DNA of 64,000 nucleotides from a virus: IMG/VR virus record IMGVR_UViG_2795385552_000001; one strand, 5' to 3'. Shown piece by piece: positions 26,885 to 37,095 of this stretch (position 1 is its first letter; each line of letters starts with the position of its first letter). The notes under the pieces were generated by a model. It saw only the letters and a program-made list of their open reading frames with translations, ran no database searches and was not told where the DNA came from. The position numbers and the translations under genes were made by a program.

Positions 26885-28626
26885 TGCCCTGGAAGCCAAC
26901 GGTTCCCGACGAGCGTCCCACGCTCGGCTGGGCCGTGCTCGATTGGATCACAGAGTATCTGCAAGTTGTTGATGGCCCCAGTCTCGGCGATCCGCTGATC
27001 TTCACCCCCGAGCAGGCCCATTTCGTCGCTCGGCTCTATGAGGTAGATCCGAACTTCAAGCCCGGCACCGCGGTGATCGGGCGAGCGATGAACAACGGGC
27101 GTCTGATCCGTCGCGCGGTGTTGTCGCGACCGAAGGGGTGGGGGAAGTCGCCGCTGGTGGCCGCGCTGTGCATCGTGGAGGCGATCGGCGATGTCGTCAT
27201 GGATGGCTGGGACGCTGACGGGCAGCCTGTCGGCCGCCCCTGGGTCGATCTCGGCATCAAGCCAAAGGTCCAGATCATCGCGGTCTCTGAGGATCAGACC
27301 GCGAATACCTGGGACCCATGCCTGGACATGGTTCGCAGTAGCGATCAACTGCTTGATGACTACGACGTTGACCCAATGGAGACGTTCATCAACGTCCCCC
27401 GCGGTCGCATCGAGGCTGTCACATCCGCCGGCGTCAGCCGCGAGGGCTTCCGCCCTGTTTTCACGGCGATGGACCAGACGGAGAGCTGGACCGAGACCAA
27501 CGGCGGCCTGAGACTAGCCAGCACCATTCGGCGCAACCTCGGTAAGGTCAACGGCTGCTCTGTTGAAACACCGAACGCGTTCCTACCCGGTGAGAACACT
27601 GTCGCGGAGAGATCCTGGAAGAACTACCAGGCGCAGCTTATTCGGGCCGAGCGCCCACAGGGTGAGGGGCGCGTTCCTGGTGGCCTGTACTACGACCATC
27701 GTGAGGCGCCACCGGAAACTGACCCCTCCGATTACGAATCGCTGCGCGCGGGACTGCGCATTTCGTATGGCGAATCTGCCGACGACAATGGCGGATGGGT
27801 CAATCTCGACCGCATCATTCAAGAGTACTGGGACGACGACACCGATCCCCAGGACGCGCGCCGCTACTACCTGAATCAGATCACCCACGCTTCGGATCAG
27901 TGGATCAGTCAGATCGAGTGGAGCGCGATTCGTGTTGGTACCGATGACGAGCCAGACCTGAACCCAATCAAGCCGGGTGACTTCATCGCGGTCGGGTTTG
28001 ACGGCTCACGCGGTCGCCAGCGTGGAAAAGCGGACGCCACAGCGCTTATCGGATGCCGCATTCACGACGGGCGCCTATTCACGATCGGTGTCTGGCAGGC
28101 GGAGAGACACGAGAAGGACTGGGTGCCACCCGTTCACGAGGTGGACGCCGCAGTGCGAAAGACATTCGCGGACTACAGGGTTGTCGCATTCAACGCGGAC
28201 CCCTCGGGCTGGACTGAGCAGGTGGTGGCCTGGGAAAAGGACTTCGGGCGACGGCTCAAGGTCAAATGCTCGGTCAAGAATCCGATGATGGCCTGGCCTA
28301 AAGGCAAGGGTATCAACGTAGTTGAGCACATCGAGATCTTCCGTCATGCGGTGGTCACCTCAGGTCAGGATCTCAGCTCAGATGACCCAGTGATCACGAT
28401 CAGTCACAACGGTGATCTGGCGCTAACGCAGCACATTCTCAATGCGAGAAAGCGTCCCGCCACGCGAGGTTACTTGATTCACAAGGCATATCCAGAGTCT
28501 CCCAACAAGATCGACGCGGCGTATGCCGCGGTGATGGCGTACAAGGGGCGGCTCGACTCCTACGCCCAAGGCATTGGCGTACGCGTCAACTCGTCTAGCC
28601 AAGGAAGGATGATGGTGCTCGGATGA
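26884..28626 (+). CDS. terminase large subunit (GTG start)
   Basis: 580 aa; Walker-A-like RPKGWGKSPL; position before portal. Confidence 0.85.
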   Translation: MPWKPTVPDERPTLGWAVLDWITEYLQVVDGPSLGDPLIFTPEQAHFVARLYEVDPNFKPGTAVIGRAMNNGRLIRRAVLSRPKGWGKSPLVAALCIVEAIGDVVMDGWDADGQPVGRPWVDLGIKPKVQIIAVSEDQTANTWDPCLDMVRSSDQLLDDYDVDPMETFINVPRGRIEAVTSAGVSREGFRPVFTAMDQTESWTETNGGLRLASTIRRNLGKVNGCSVETPNAFLPGENTVAERSWKNYQAQLIRAERPQGEGRVPGGLYYDHREAPPETDPSDYESLRAGLRISYGESADDNGGWVNLDRIIQEYWDDDTDPQDARRYYLNQITHASDQWISQIEWSAIRVGTDDEPDLNPIKPGDFIAVGFDGSRGRQRGKADATALIGCRIHDGRLFTIGVWQAERHEKDWVPPVHEVDAAVRKTFADYRVVAFNADPSGWTEQVVAWEKDFGRRLKVKCSVKNPMMAWPKGKGINVVEHIEIFRHAVVTSGQDLSSDDPVITISHNGDLALTQHILNARKRPATRGYLIHKAYPESPNKIDAAYAAVMAYKGRLDSYAQGIGVRVNSSSQGRMMVLG

Positions 28627-30125
28627 CCACTGCTATAGCGCTGCCGTCCGTCCAATTGTCGCAGGACGAACAAGCCGTGTTGATGGATCTGACGACTCAG
28701 CTTCAGAAGTATCAGGGCGAGAATCTGATCAAAGAGCAGTACTACGAAGCGAAACGTAGGATGGAAGATCTCAAGATCGCCATCCCGCCAACACTTTCCA
28801 ATCTTATGTGCTGTGTTGGCTGGCCGGCTGTTGCCGTAGACAGTCTGGTAGAACGACTGAACTTTGAGGGCTGGTCGTACGAAGGTGACGGCGAGGATCG
28901 CGATCCGCTCGGGCTCGAAGAGATCTATCTGGAAAACGACCTGGACGTAGAGTCTGACATCAACCACACCGATGGATTGATGTACGGAACGTCTTTCGTC
29001 GCAGTGTCTTCCGGTATGGATGATGAGCCGGAAGTAGTGGTTACCGTCGAGTCGCCGCGGAACATGACGGCGATCTACGACCCACGATCGCGGCGCGCCA
29101 CCTCGGCGTTTCTGCAAATTGTTGACCGTGAACAACGCCTCGTCGGTGGTCGTCTGATTCTGCCGAATCAGATCATCGCTCTGGAATGCGTTCCGATGGA
29201 ACTCAGCGCCGCTGGCGTAGGAAACATGCGAGTGGTCGACCGCAACAAGCACAACCTAGACCGTGTGTTGGTCGCGCAGATGATCAACCGTCCACGCTCG
29301 GGTGCGCGCGGCCGCAATGGTCATTCCGAGATCACCGAAACACTTATCTCGCATACCCAGTCGGGCATGCGCACTCTCGCCAACATGGAAGTTGCGCGCG
29401 AGTACCTCGCATCGCCGCAGCGCGCGGTGCTCGGAGCGAAGGAATCGTTCTTCGTCGGCGAGGACGGTAAGCCTGTGCCGGCGTGGAAGTCCTACATCGG
29501 CCGCATGATCGCCCTTGAGCGCGACGAATGGGGTGAGATCCCCGACATCAAGGAATTCAAGGGTGCCAGTCTGGAATCGTTCTTCGGTCAGATGCGCACA
29601 CTGAGTCAGCTTGTCGCATCTGAAATTGCCGTTCCTGCAAACTATCTCGGATTTGAGACTGACAATCCACCGTCGGCCGACGCCATCCGGTCGCTGGAGG
29701 GCCGGCACGTCAAGCGCGCCGAGCAGCGACAGAAGACATTCGGACGCGGCTGGTCTGAGACCGCGCGGTTGTGCGTGATGGTGCGTGAAGGCAAGGCGTT
29801 CGATGAGCTAGCCGAGAGCATTCGGACCAAAATCCGCAAGGTGCGCCCGCAGTGGCGGGATGCGTCAACCCCCACCTTCGCCGCAACCTCTGACGCGGTG
29901 GTCAAGCTGATCGACAAGGGCGTGTACACCCCGACTTCTCGCATCACTCGCGACAAGCTGGGTATTAGCCGGGCTGATCAGCGACAGATGGAGATCGACG
30001 ACAAGAAGACGACCGTAACGAACCTCGTTGCATCGGTCCGTCAAGGTGTCGAGAATGCACGCCAGGACGGCCAGGTAGCGTCCCTGGCTGACCGTAGAGC
30101 GGCACCTGTTGGACAACCTGGTTAA
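28623..30125 (+). CDS. portal protein
   Basis: 500-aa ORF following TerL with ATGA overlap. Confidence 0.8.
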   Translation: MTTAIALPSVQLSQDEQAVLMDLTTQLQKYQGENLIKEQYYEAKRRMEDLKIAIPPTLSNLMCCVGWPAVAVDSLVERLNFEGWSYEGDGEDRDPLGLEEIYLENDLDVESDINHTDGLMYGTSFVAVSSGMDDEPEVVVTVESPRNMTAIYDPRSRRATSAFLQIVDREQRLVGGRLILPNQIIALECVPMELSAAGVGNMRVVDRNKHNLDRVLVAQMINRPRSGARGRNGHSEITETLISHTQSGMRTLANMEVAREYLASPQRAVLGAKESFFVGEDGKPVPAWKSYIGRMIALERDEWGEIPDIKEFKGASLESFFGQMRTLSQLVASEIAVPANYLGFETDNPPSADAIRSLEGRHVKRAEQRQKTFGRGWSETARLCVMVREGKAFDELAESIRTKIRKVRPQWRDASTPTFAATSDAVVKLIDKGVYTPTSRITRDKLGISRADQRQMEIDDKKTTVTNLVASVRQGVENARQDGQVASLADRRAAPVGQPG

Positions 30126-33100
30126 GCAGGCTCAAGCGCTCCAGAGCGTCCTAGGTGACCTTTCCACCCTCTCTACCAAAGACCTTGTAGCGCTGTACAA
30201 GAAGCTGGAGAGCGACGGCGCGACGGGTGCCGACTTCCTGGACGCGTTCAAGGCGGTCTTCCCGGAGGTTGTGCAGCCGTATGTAGAGGCCGCATCCGAG
30301 GTCGCCAATCAGTGGTACGGCGAGCTGGCACCCGATGAGCCGTACACGCCGACCGCGGTCGCGGCGATCGACGCAGTGCCGCATGACCGGATGATGAATT
30401 CCCTTGAATGGGCGTTCCGCGCCGCGGGTACCGCCAACCCCTTGACGCGGCTGACGGGTTCGGCGCAACGCATGGTGTTCGACGGCGCACGCGCGACGAT
30501 CCTGCACAACGCGGACGTTGAGAAGGTCACCTACTCGCGTCTGGCGTCGCCCGGTGCATGCGAGTTCTGCCGTGTGATGGCTACGCGCGGAGCGGTCTAC
30601 CGCAGCGCCCACGCGGCGCAGGCGGGTCATGACAACTGCCATTGCGTGCCGGCGGTCTCTCGCGGCAAGCTCAAGTTCCAGCGGCCGGGGTACTACCAGG
30701 ACTGGGACGCCGAGTACATCGCAACGGTCAAACAGCTCGAAGACGAACAGATCAAGCCGACGCTGAACGCGGTCCTGTCGAAAATGCGGGCCAACGAACT
30801 GGCCGCGTCAGACAGCGGGCCAACACTGGTAGCGATGTCTACCAAGAAGTCACCGGCGCCAGCAGACGTGGCCAAGTGGCTTGATGCCGAGAAACAGCAT
30901 CAGTACGACGTATCGGCGTGGTTGTCGGCCGAGAAGAGCCACGCCAAGAAGAAGGCCAAGGCCGCGGCGCAGGCGAAGTACGTCGCCAAGAAGAAGGCCA
31001 CCGCCGACTGGCTGGCGGCCGAACAGCAATACCAGACCGACGTGGCGGCATGGCTAACGGCGGAGAAGGTCTTCAACAAGAAGAAGGCCAAAGCCGCAGC
31101 GCAGGCCAAGTACATCGCCAACAAGAAGGCCACGGTCGCATGGCTCAAGGCTGAGCAGGTCTACAACGATCAGCAGGCGCAGATGGCGGCCGCTGCGGCA
31201 GCGGCCAAGGCGTCCGCGAAGTTGACCGCGATGGGCAACGCCGTGGCGAATGTTGATCTCAAGAAGGCGGCCAAGGCGCTGGCGGCGGCCAAGCACATCG
31301 CAAAGAAGAAGGGCGACACCGCTAAGTACGACGCGCTGGTCAAGATGACGCCGGCCGAGTACGTGGCATCCAAGGGTCAATCGATCACGCCGAAGGCGAC
31401 CACCGCGACGACTGCCAAGGTCACTACACCGGAAACCGGAGCGACTGCGGGTCTCGGCACCGTCAGTACCGCCACCAAGCCGAAAGTTGTTGTTGGCGAA
31501 CTGATCGACTCGCCGAACGCGTTGGCCAGCACCGGTCAGGTACTCGGCACGCACGGCGCGACGGTGTATACGGACTCCAACTCCCAGAAGTGGCTAGTCA
31601 AGGGTCCGAAGAATCCCAAGGATCAATTCCTCGTGAACCTAGACGCCGCTTCTGCTGAGCTGCAAGCGAAGTCAGGTTTGACCACACCCGCGACATACAT
31701 CATGACGGTGGGCGGCAAGCGTCAGTCCGTCCAGTACATGTTCCCCGGCAGTACGAACGCGTTCCCGTCTGGCGTCAGCATCGCCACGATCAGCGATGCT
31801 GACCTGCTGACCATCCAGAAGCATCACGCGCTGGATTGGCTGATGGGCAACCACGACAGTCATGCCGGGCAGTTCATCCGCACCGGTAGCGGCGAGCTGG
31901 TCGGCATCGACAAGGGGCAGGCGTTCAAGTACTTCAGCGGCGACAAGCTGGACTGGAACTACCACCCCAACGCCAAGCACGGAACGTCAGAACCCATCTA
32001 CAACACTCTGTTTCGGCAGTATGCCGAGGGTGAGCCGGGAAATCTGCTCGATCCTTCGGCGGGTGAACTGGCGCTCTTCATACAGAAGCTACAGACGATC
32101 CCAGACAAAGAGATTCGCGATCTCTTCCGGCCCTACGCCGAAGGCGCAGTCAAGCAGGGGAAGCTTCTGGCGGAAGCGAACGGCAGCGTTCCGGCCAATG
32201 ATGTTGATGCGTTCCTGAACGCTGTAGTCGCTAGAAAAAACAGTCTGGCAACAGGTCTCACGAACTACTTCGACAAGGCGTATAAGAAGCGCCTGACGAA
32301 GGTAGGTACAAAGCCGAAGTCGACCACCGTCACCCTTCCTCCCGGGGTGGATGTCAGCGAGGGTGACTCCGTCGATGAACTTTTCGCCGAATTCGACAAA
32401 GCTTTCGCACCAGTTGCGACCGCTGACGATCTGAAGAAGGCGGCCAAGGCGCTCGCGTCGGCGAAGTACATCGCCAAGAAGAAGGGCGACACCGCCAAGT
32501 TCAATGAGCTGTCAAATCTGACGCCACAACTGTACTGGGAGCAGAAGATCGGCGCCAGCGGGCAATCTGTTGCGCAGCCGGGTTCGTCTGCACTCCCTAA
32601 GCAGCTCTCTACCAATATTCAAATTGCCAAGTGGCAGAAGGAATTTAACAAGCAGTTCGGCCCCAGCGGGTTCTTCCAACCCGTCAAGTCGATGGCAGTC
32701 GAGAAGGGTATCAAACTCTCCGAGGCGATCCCCGAGTTCAACAAGGAGTTCGGCATCCACGCCCTGAGCGTTGATCAGATGGTCAACCTGATGGGCTACT
32801 ACGGGCCAACGGTTCAGAGCAAATGGATCACCAAGTATGGCGACGCGCTCGGTCCGGGTGCCGCCCAGGAGGTGTGGGACAAGCTCAAGGCCCAGGGTAA
32901 GTCAACCTTCGTTGAACCGCCGAAACCGGTTGCAATCAAACAAGGTACGAAGTACACGCCTGAGCATGAGCAACCCGCAGCCGAGCTGGCGAAACTCGGC
33001 AAGTCGGTCATCGCGAACCCGAAGGCGTCTGTGGGCTCTGCTGATAACCCACACATCTTCGACGCCAACGGCAAGGCCACCGACTGGCAACAGTTCGGAT

Positions 33101-33675
33101 CGCTGATGTCGCCGCAAGACCAGGCATCCTGGAAGGCCAATCAGTACAGCGCCATCAAGTCCTACACCGGCAGCGGCTATAGCACGATGAACGCGCACGC
33201 ACGCGACGACAAGGTGCCGTCAGCCAAGACGAAGGCGCTCGATTCAGCGTTCTACGAGCACAAGCCTTTCGAGGAACACATCGTGCTCAGCCGGGGTACG
33301 CACGCTGTCGAGTTCAACGATGAGAACAGTCTGGGAATGAAGTTCAACTTCGCCAATAGCACCGACGTGGACGCGCTCAAGGTACTGGAGGGCGAGACGT
33401 ACGTGTCCAAGTCCTTCCTGTCCACGTCGATCACGACCACACCGGCCTTTCACAATCCGGTTCGCATCCTCTACAAGATGAAGCCGGGGCAGCGTGGGAT
33501 CTTCGTTTCGGGAACGCCCGATCAGATGAACCAACTGACCTCCGTGGGAACTCAGGAGCGTGAGGTTATCCTTCCTCGTAGTCAGAAGATGAGAGTGCTC
33601 GAAGTGCGAAAGTCAACCGGGCCGTCTTCCTTCAAGGTTGACGTGATTGTGGAGGTGGTGGATCAACCTGTCTAA
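30109..33675 (+). CDS. MuF-family capsid morphogenesis protein fused to internal repeats, kinase-like segment and C-terminal R-S-E type ADP-ribosyltransferase toxin domain (TTG start)
   Basis: MuF motif AVYRSAHAAQAGHDNCHCVP; C-terminal ART motifs IVLSRGT / FLSTSIT / QEREVIL; internal GNHDSHAGQF and IDKGQAF. Confidence 0.8.
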   Translation: MDNLVKQAQALQSVLGDLSTLSTKDLVALYKKLESDGATGADFLDAFKAVFPEVVQPYVEAASEVANQWYGELAPDEPYTPTAVAAIDAVPHDRMMNSLEWAFRAAGTANPLTRLTGSAQRMVFDGARATILHNADVEKVTYSRLASPGACEFCRVMATRGAVYRSAHAAQAGHDNCHCVPAVSRGKLKFQRPGYYQDWDAEYIATVKQLEDEQIKPTLNAVLSKMRANELAASDSGPTLVAMSTKKSPAPADVAKWLDAEKQHQYDVSAWLSAEKSHAKKKAKAAAQAKYVAKKKATADWLAAEQQYQTDVAAWLTAEKVFNKKKAKAAAQAKYIANKKATVAWLKAEQVYNDQQAQMAAAAAAAKASAKLTAMGNAVANVDLKKAAKALAAAKHIAKKKGDTAKYDALVKMTPAEYVASKGQSITPKATTATTAKVTTPETGATAGLGTVSTATKPKVVVGELIDSPNALASTGQVLGTHGATVYTDSNSQKWLVKGPKNPKDQFLVNLDAASAELQAKSGLTTPATYIMTVGGKRQSVQYMFPGSTNAFPSGVSIATISDADLLTIQKHHALDWLMGNHDSHAGQFIRTGSGELVGIDKGQAFKYFSGDKLDWNYHPNAKHGTSEPIYNTLFRQYAEGEPGNLLDPSAGELALFIQKLQTIPDKEIRDLFRPYAEGAVKQGKLLAEANGSVPANDVDAFLNAVVARKNSLATGLTNYFDKAYKKRLTKVGTKPKSTTVTLPPGVDVSEGDSVDELFAEFDKAFAPVATADDLKKAAKALASAKYIAKKKGDTAKFNELSNLTPQLYWEQKIGASGQSVAQPGSSALPKQLSTNIQIAKWQKEFNKQFGPSGFFQPVKSMAVEKGIKLSEAIPEFNKEFGIHALSVDQMVNLMGYYGPTVQSKWITKYGDALGPGAAQEVWDKLKAQGKSTFVEPPKPVAIKQGTKYTPEHEQPAAELAKLGKSVIANPKASVGSADNPHIFDANGKATDWQQFGSLMSPQDQASWKANQYSAIKSYTGSGYSTMNAHARDDKVPSAKTKALDSAFYEHKPFEEHIVLSRGTHAVEFNDENSLGMKFNFANSTDVDALKVLEGETYVSKSFLSTSITTTPAFHNPVRILYKMKPGQRGIFVSGTPDQMNQLTSVGTQEREVILPRSQKMRVLEVRKSTGPSSFKVDVIVEVVDQPV
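30880..31200 (+). repeat. ~2.5 tandem ~123-bp (41-aa) lysine/alanine-rich repeats inside MuF gene
   Basis: KKKAKAAAQAKYVAKKKATADWLAAEQQYQTDVAAWLTAEK repeated. Confidence 0.6.
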
Positions 33676-34063
33676 TCCGATCCCCACACGCTGGCTCCCC
33701 GATGGCGTTCACGACATCATCGACGCTGAGCTGGGTGCGTTCTACGACCAGCCGGACTACCCCGGTGCGCGCGCGGGCGCAGGACGCTACGTGAACCTCT
33801 ATCAGGATTACGAACTGGAGCACCCCGTGGGGCGCCTCTGGACCAACGACAAGGACGCGTGCGGCCTACTGCATGTAGCAGACGGTGACGAGATCCTGTA
33901 CGCATACGTTGCGCTGTCGATTCGGAGAGAATTTCTCGACGGGCGCACCGCGACCGAGACGTTTGATCAGATGGCCGCCGAGTGGAATGAAGACGGCACG
34001 CTGATGACTACCAATCTCGCAGACATCGAAGACTCGTCGATAGAGCTCAACGTCAATATCTAA
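33647..34063 (+). CDS. hypothetical protein immediately downstream of (overlapping) ART toxin domain; candidate immunity/partner protein
   Basis: 138-aa ORF overlapping MuF 3' end by 29 nt, followed by strong terminator. Confidence 0.45.
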   Translation: MWRWWINLSNPIPTRWLPDGVHDIIDAELGAFYDQPDYPGARAGAGRYVNLYQDYELEHPVGRLWTNDKDACGLLHVADGDEILYAYVALSIRREFLDGRTATETFDQMAAEWNEDGTLMTTNLADIEDSSIELNVNI

Positions 34064-34080
34064 CTCTTAGAACAGAGTTC

Positions 34081-34111
34081 GGCCCCTATCCAATCGTTAG
34101 GGGCCTTTTTC
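34081..34111 (+). terminator. rho-independent terminator
   Basis: ggcccctat-ccaatcg-ttaggggcc followed by ttttt. Confidence 0.6.
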
Positions 34112-34224
34112 ATGCCCAAAGCCGCTGCATAGCAGGCGATTTTGGTGATCAGACTTCCGCTCACACCCGAGCGGATCACCCGTAACGGGTGCCCCCTCTA
34201 TGCGTAACGCAGGAGAGATCTCAC

Positions 34225-34845
34225 ATGTCAGATGAAGCCGGAACCCCCACGCCCAACTCGATGCCCGGAGCGGCCGAGGCCGCGGCTGGTCAGCAGACAG
34301 ACGCGACGGGGGAGAGCATCGACGAGCTGGAGGCGTCCTATGACGAACAGCTTGCGGCGCTAGAGGGCGAACGCGACCAGTGGCGCGACCAGGCTCGTAA
34401 GAACGAGGCTCGCGCAAAGACCAACGCGGCCAAGGCGAAGGAACATGATCAGCACTTCGCCGAATATAAGGCCGCGTTCGATCGCGAACAGCAGAAGAAG
34501 GAAAACGAGAAGACACCTGATCAGCGCGTGCTAGATCAGGCGGCTCAGGATCGGGCTCGTGCCGAAAAGGCTGAGGCCGACAAGGCTGAGGCCGATGCTC
34601 GCCTTCTGAGATACCAACTGGCCGACGGCATTCCGCCGTTCGCGCTGCCACTGATCACGGCGACTTCTGAGGAAGAGATCACTGCCGAGGTTGAGGACCT
34701 GAAGGCCAAGCTCGCTGCCTACGTCACCGAGGTGACCAACAGTCAGTCGCGCCGGCCAGCTCCCGATCCGGCGTTTGGGCGCGGCGGTGCCGCTGGAGCA
34801 ACTCCAGAAGAGCAATTTGCCGCAGCGCTCAGAGGCGTTATTTAG
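34225..34845 (+). CDS. capsid scaffolding protein
   Basis: acidic, coiled-coil-rich 206-aa ORF immediately upstream of major capsid gene. Confidence 0.65.
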   Translation: MSDEAGTPTPNSMPGAAEAAAGQQTDATGESIDELEASYDEQLAALEGERDQWRDQARKNEARAKTNAAKAKEHDQHFAEYKAAFDREQQKKENEKTPDQRVLDQAAQDRARAEKAEADKAEADARLLRYQLADGIPPFALPLITATSEEEITAEVEDLKAKLAAYVTEVTNSQSRRPAPDPAFGRGGAAGATPEEQFAAALRGVI

Positions 34846-34877
34846 CAACCACTTTCATTTGAAAGGAGGTCACACCA

Positions 34878-35771
34878 ATGGCTGGTGTGGACATCAATCG
34901 GACTACAAACGGGGTGCCTCTGCCCCCGGCTGTGTCCCAGCAGATCTGGCAGAACGTCCAGCAGGCTTCGATCATTCAGCAGCTCGTGCCGCAGATTGAT
35001 CTTCCCGCTGGTGGCCTGTCCATCCCGATTATCACGGGAGATCCCCAGGCCGAGTGGGTCGATGAGACCGACGAGAAGCCGGTTAGCCGCGGATCGCTGA
35101 GTTCCAAGAACATCAAGGGCTACACGCTCGCCGTGATCGTCCCGTTCTCGAACCAGTTCAAGCGCGACCTTCCGGGCCTTTACAACGCCCTTGTCAGTCG
35201 CCTTCCGCGCGTGCTGGCCAAGAAGTTCGACCGCACCTGCCTGGGGTTCGACCCCTCGCCCGGTACTGGATTCGACACTCTCGCGAGTGCGCCGACCGCT
35301 TCGATCGCGACCAACGTCTACGACGGCTACGTTGACGCGCTTGAATCGGTGGCCGCGGTAGAGGGGTCGGACGTGGAGCGCTGGGTTCTCACCTCTCAGG
35401 CTGAGATCGCCGCGCTCGGTGCCAAGGACAGCCAGGGCCGTCCGATCTTCATTGATTCGGTTACCCGCGAGGGCCGAGTTGAGCGCGAGATTCTGGCGCG
35501 TCCCGTCTCCAAGACTCCGCACGCCTACAAGGCCGGCTCGCCGTCCACCGTGGGCTTCGGTGGTGAGTGGTCCACCGCAATGTGGGGCTACGTGGAGGGT
35601 CTGTCCATCGACATCAGCAGCCAGGCGAGCCTGACTGACGGTGCCGAGACGCTGAACCTGTGGCAGCGCAACATGTTCGCGGTCCGTGTCGAGTTTGAAG
35701 TTGGCTTCGCTGTCCGCGACGTGAACCGCTTCGTGCGCATCACGGGTGCCAACGCCGCAGCGGGTAGCTAG
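34878..35771 (+). CDS. major capsid protein (HK97-like)
   Basis: 297-aa ORF after scaffold with GGAGG RBS. Confidence 0.8.
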   Translation: MAGVDINRTTNGVPLPPAVSQQIWQNVQQASIIQQLVPQIDLPAGGLSIPIITGDPQAEWVDETDEKPVSRGSLSSKNIKGYTLAVIVPFSNQFKRDLPGLYNALVSRLPRVLAKKFDRTCLGFDPSPGTGFDTLASAPTASIATNVYDGYVDALESVAAVEGSDVERWVLTSQAEIAALGAKDSQGRPIFIDSVTREGRVEREILARPVSKTPHAYKAGSPSTVGFGGEWSTAMWGYVEGLSIDISSQASLTDGAETLNLWQRNMFAVRVEFEVGFAVRDVNRFVRITGANAAAGS

Positions 35772-35788
35772 TCGGAAGGGAGCGGACA

Positions 35789-36193
35789 GTGGCCGCAGTC
35801 GCAATCAGCAGGGATGAGATCCAAGCACATCTACCGGGTGCGCCCGATGAAGTGGTTGATCGTCTCATCGCAGGCACGATTGCGCGCGCGGCCCTGTTCG
35901 CGCCCTGCATAACGTCCGCGGAGTTCCCCACCGAAAAGGCGGCCGCAGCCAAAGACATCTTGATTGATGCCATCGTGCGCGCTGCCGAAGCTGGTAGTGG
36001 AGTTCAGAGCAACATCATGGCCGGGCCGTATCAGGTCAGCTCCGACACCTCCAAGCCGCGTCGTCGGCGATTCGAGACGGATGAGATACGCGAGCTGAAA
36101 GCGTTGTGCGGCATCAAGTCGGGCGGGGCGTTCACGATCACCCCGACATACGACGCCACGGATGCGTATACCGAGGACGTGACACCGGAATGA
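35789..36193 (+). CDS. head-to-tail connector/adaptor protein (GTG start)
   Basis: position and size (134 aa). Confidence 0.5.
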   Translation: MAAVAISRDEIQAHLPGAPDEVVDRLIAGTIARAALFAPCITSAEFPTEKAAAAKDILIDAIVRAAEAGSGVQSNIMAGPYQVSSDTSKPRRRRFETDEIRELKALCGIKSGGAFTITPTYDATDAYTEDVTPE

Positions 36194-36654
36194 CGATCGT
36201 CGCGGCGATCCCAACGAACCTGTTGGGCGCGCTGCATCGATACAACCCGACCGCCGCCAACGCGGAGAACGCGCCAGTTCGCACCTGGACGCCACCTAAG
36301 GATCGGGTCGGCACTTTGTTCTGGTTTCAGGCTGCGACCCCTCCTGGTGGAGCTGGGAATCCCGAGTACGTCAAGGATCGATCCGTGGATCGGCTTGAGC
36401 TGTATATCCCACCCGTACTCATCGACATTGACGGCAACGCGATGGACGACCCCGGCGCGATGGATGTCATCGACCTACCCGACAAGAACTCACTGCGCGG
36501 CGTGCGACCCGGACGCGCCGGGATTCTCCAGGCGCTCGACGCCGACCGAATCGTGTGGACCCGCTATGAGGTTCAGGGCTGGCCGCGCGACTACACCAAC
36601 GGCTTTCACCTATGGCAACCCGGCAAGGTTATCGATCTAGAAAGGGTCACCTAA
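36190..36654 (+). CDS. head-tail connector protein
   Basis: position; ATGA coupling. Confidence 0.5.
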   Translation: MTIVAAIPTNLLGALHRYNPTAANAENAPVRTWTPPKDRVGTLFWFQAATPPGGAGNPEYVKDRSVDRLELYIPPVLIDIDGNAMDDPGAMDVIDLPDKNSLRGVRPGRAGILQALDADRIVWTRYEVQGWPRDYTNGFHLWQPGKVIDLERVT

Positions 36655-36833
36655 TGTTCCGCGTTCATCTCAGAAACGCTGACCCTGTGGACTTTCCCGA
36701 AGGGGGTAAAACCGAATGGGAGACCGAAGAGGTCACCAATAATCTGGTGGTCAGCACCGAGACACGGGTCGCCATCTTCAACGGTGATCAGTGGACGCAT
36801 CTTGTTGAGGATCGCGCCGACGATGGCGAATAG
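36654..36833 (+). CDS. small head-tail region protein
   Basis: 59-aa ORF, TAATG coupling. Confidence 0.4.
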   Translation: MFRVHLRNADPVDFPEGGKTEWETEEVTNNLVVSTETRVAIFNGDQWTHLVEDRADDGE

Positions 36834-37095
36834 TCGGATTCGGATTCGGCACAAGATGAACGGCTACTACAAGATTCGCGCAACTCCCGGCGTCAAGGGT
36901 GACCTTGAGCGACGTGCCGCAGCGATTGCGGCGGCGGCCAATGCCGAGGCGGGTACTGACGGATTCAAGACGAGCAGCATCCAGGGCGTCAAGCGGCCAC
37001 AGGGCCGCTGGCGCACGACCGTCATCCCGACGACATTCAAAGCAATCCGGCACAACGCTCGACACAACACCTTGGTGAAGCGGCTCCATGGCTGA
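36823..37095 (+). CDS. head-tail region protein
   Basis: 90-aa basic ORF. Confidence 0.4.
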   Translation: MANSRIRIRHKMNGYYKIRATPGVKGDLERRAAAIAAAANAEAGTDGFKTSSIQGVKRPQGRWRTTVIPTTFKAIRHNARHNTLVKRLHG

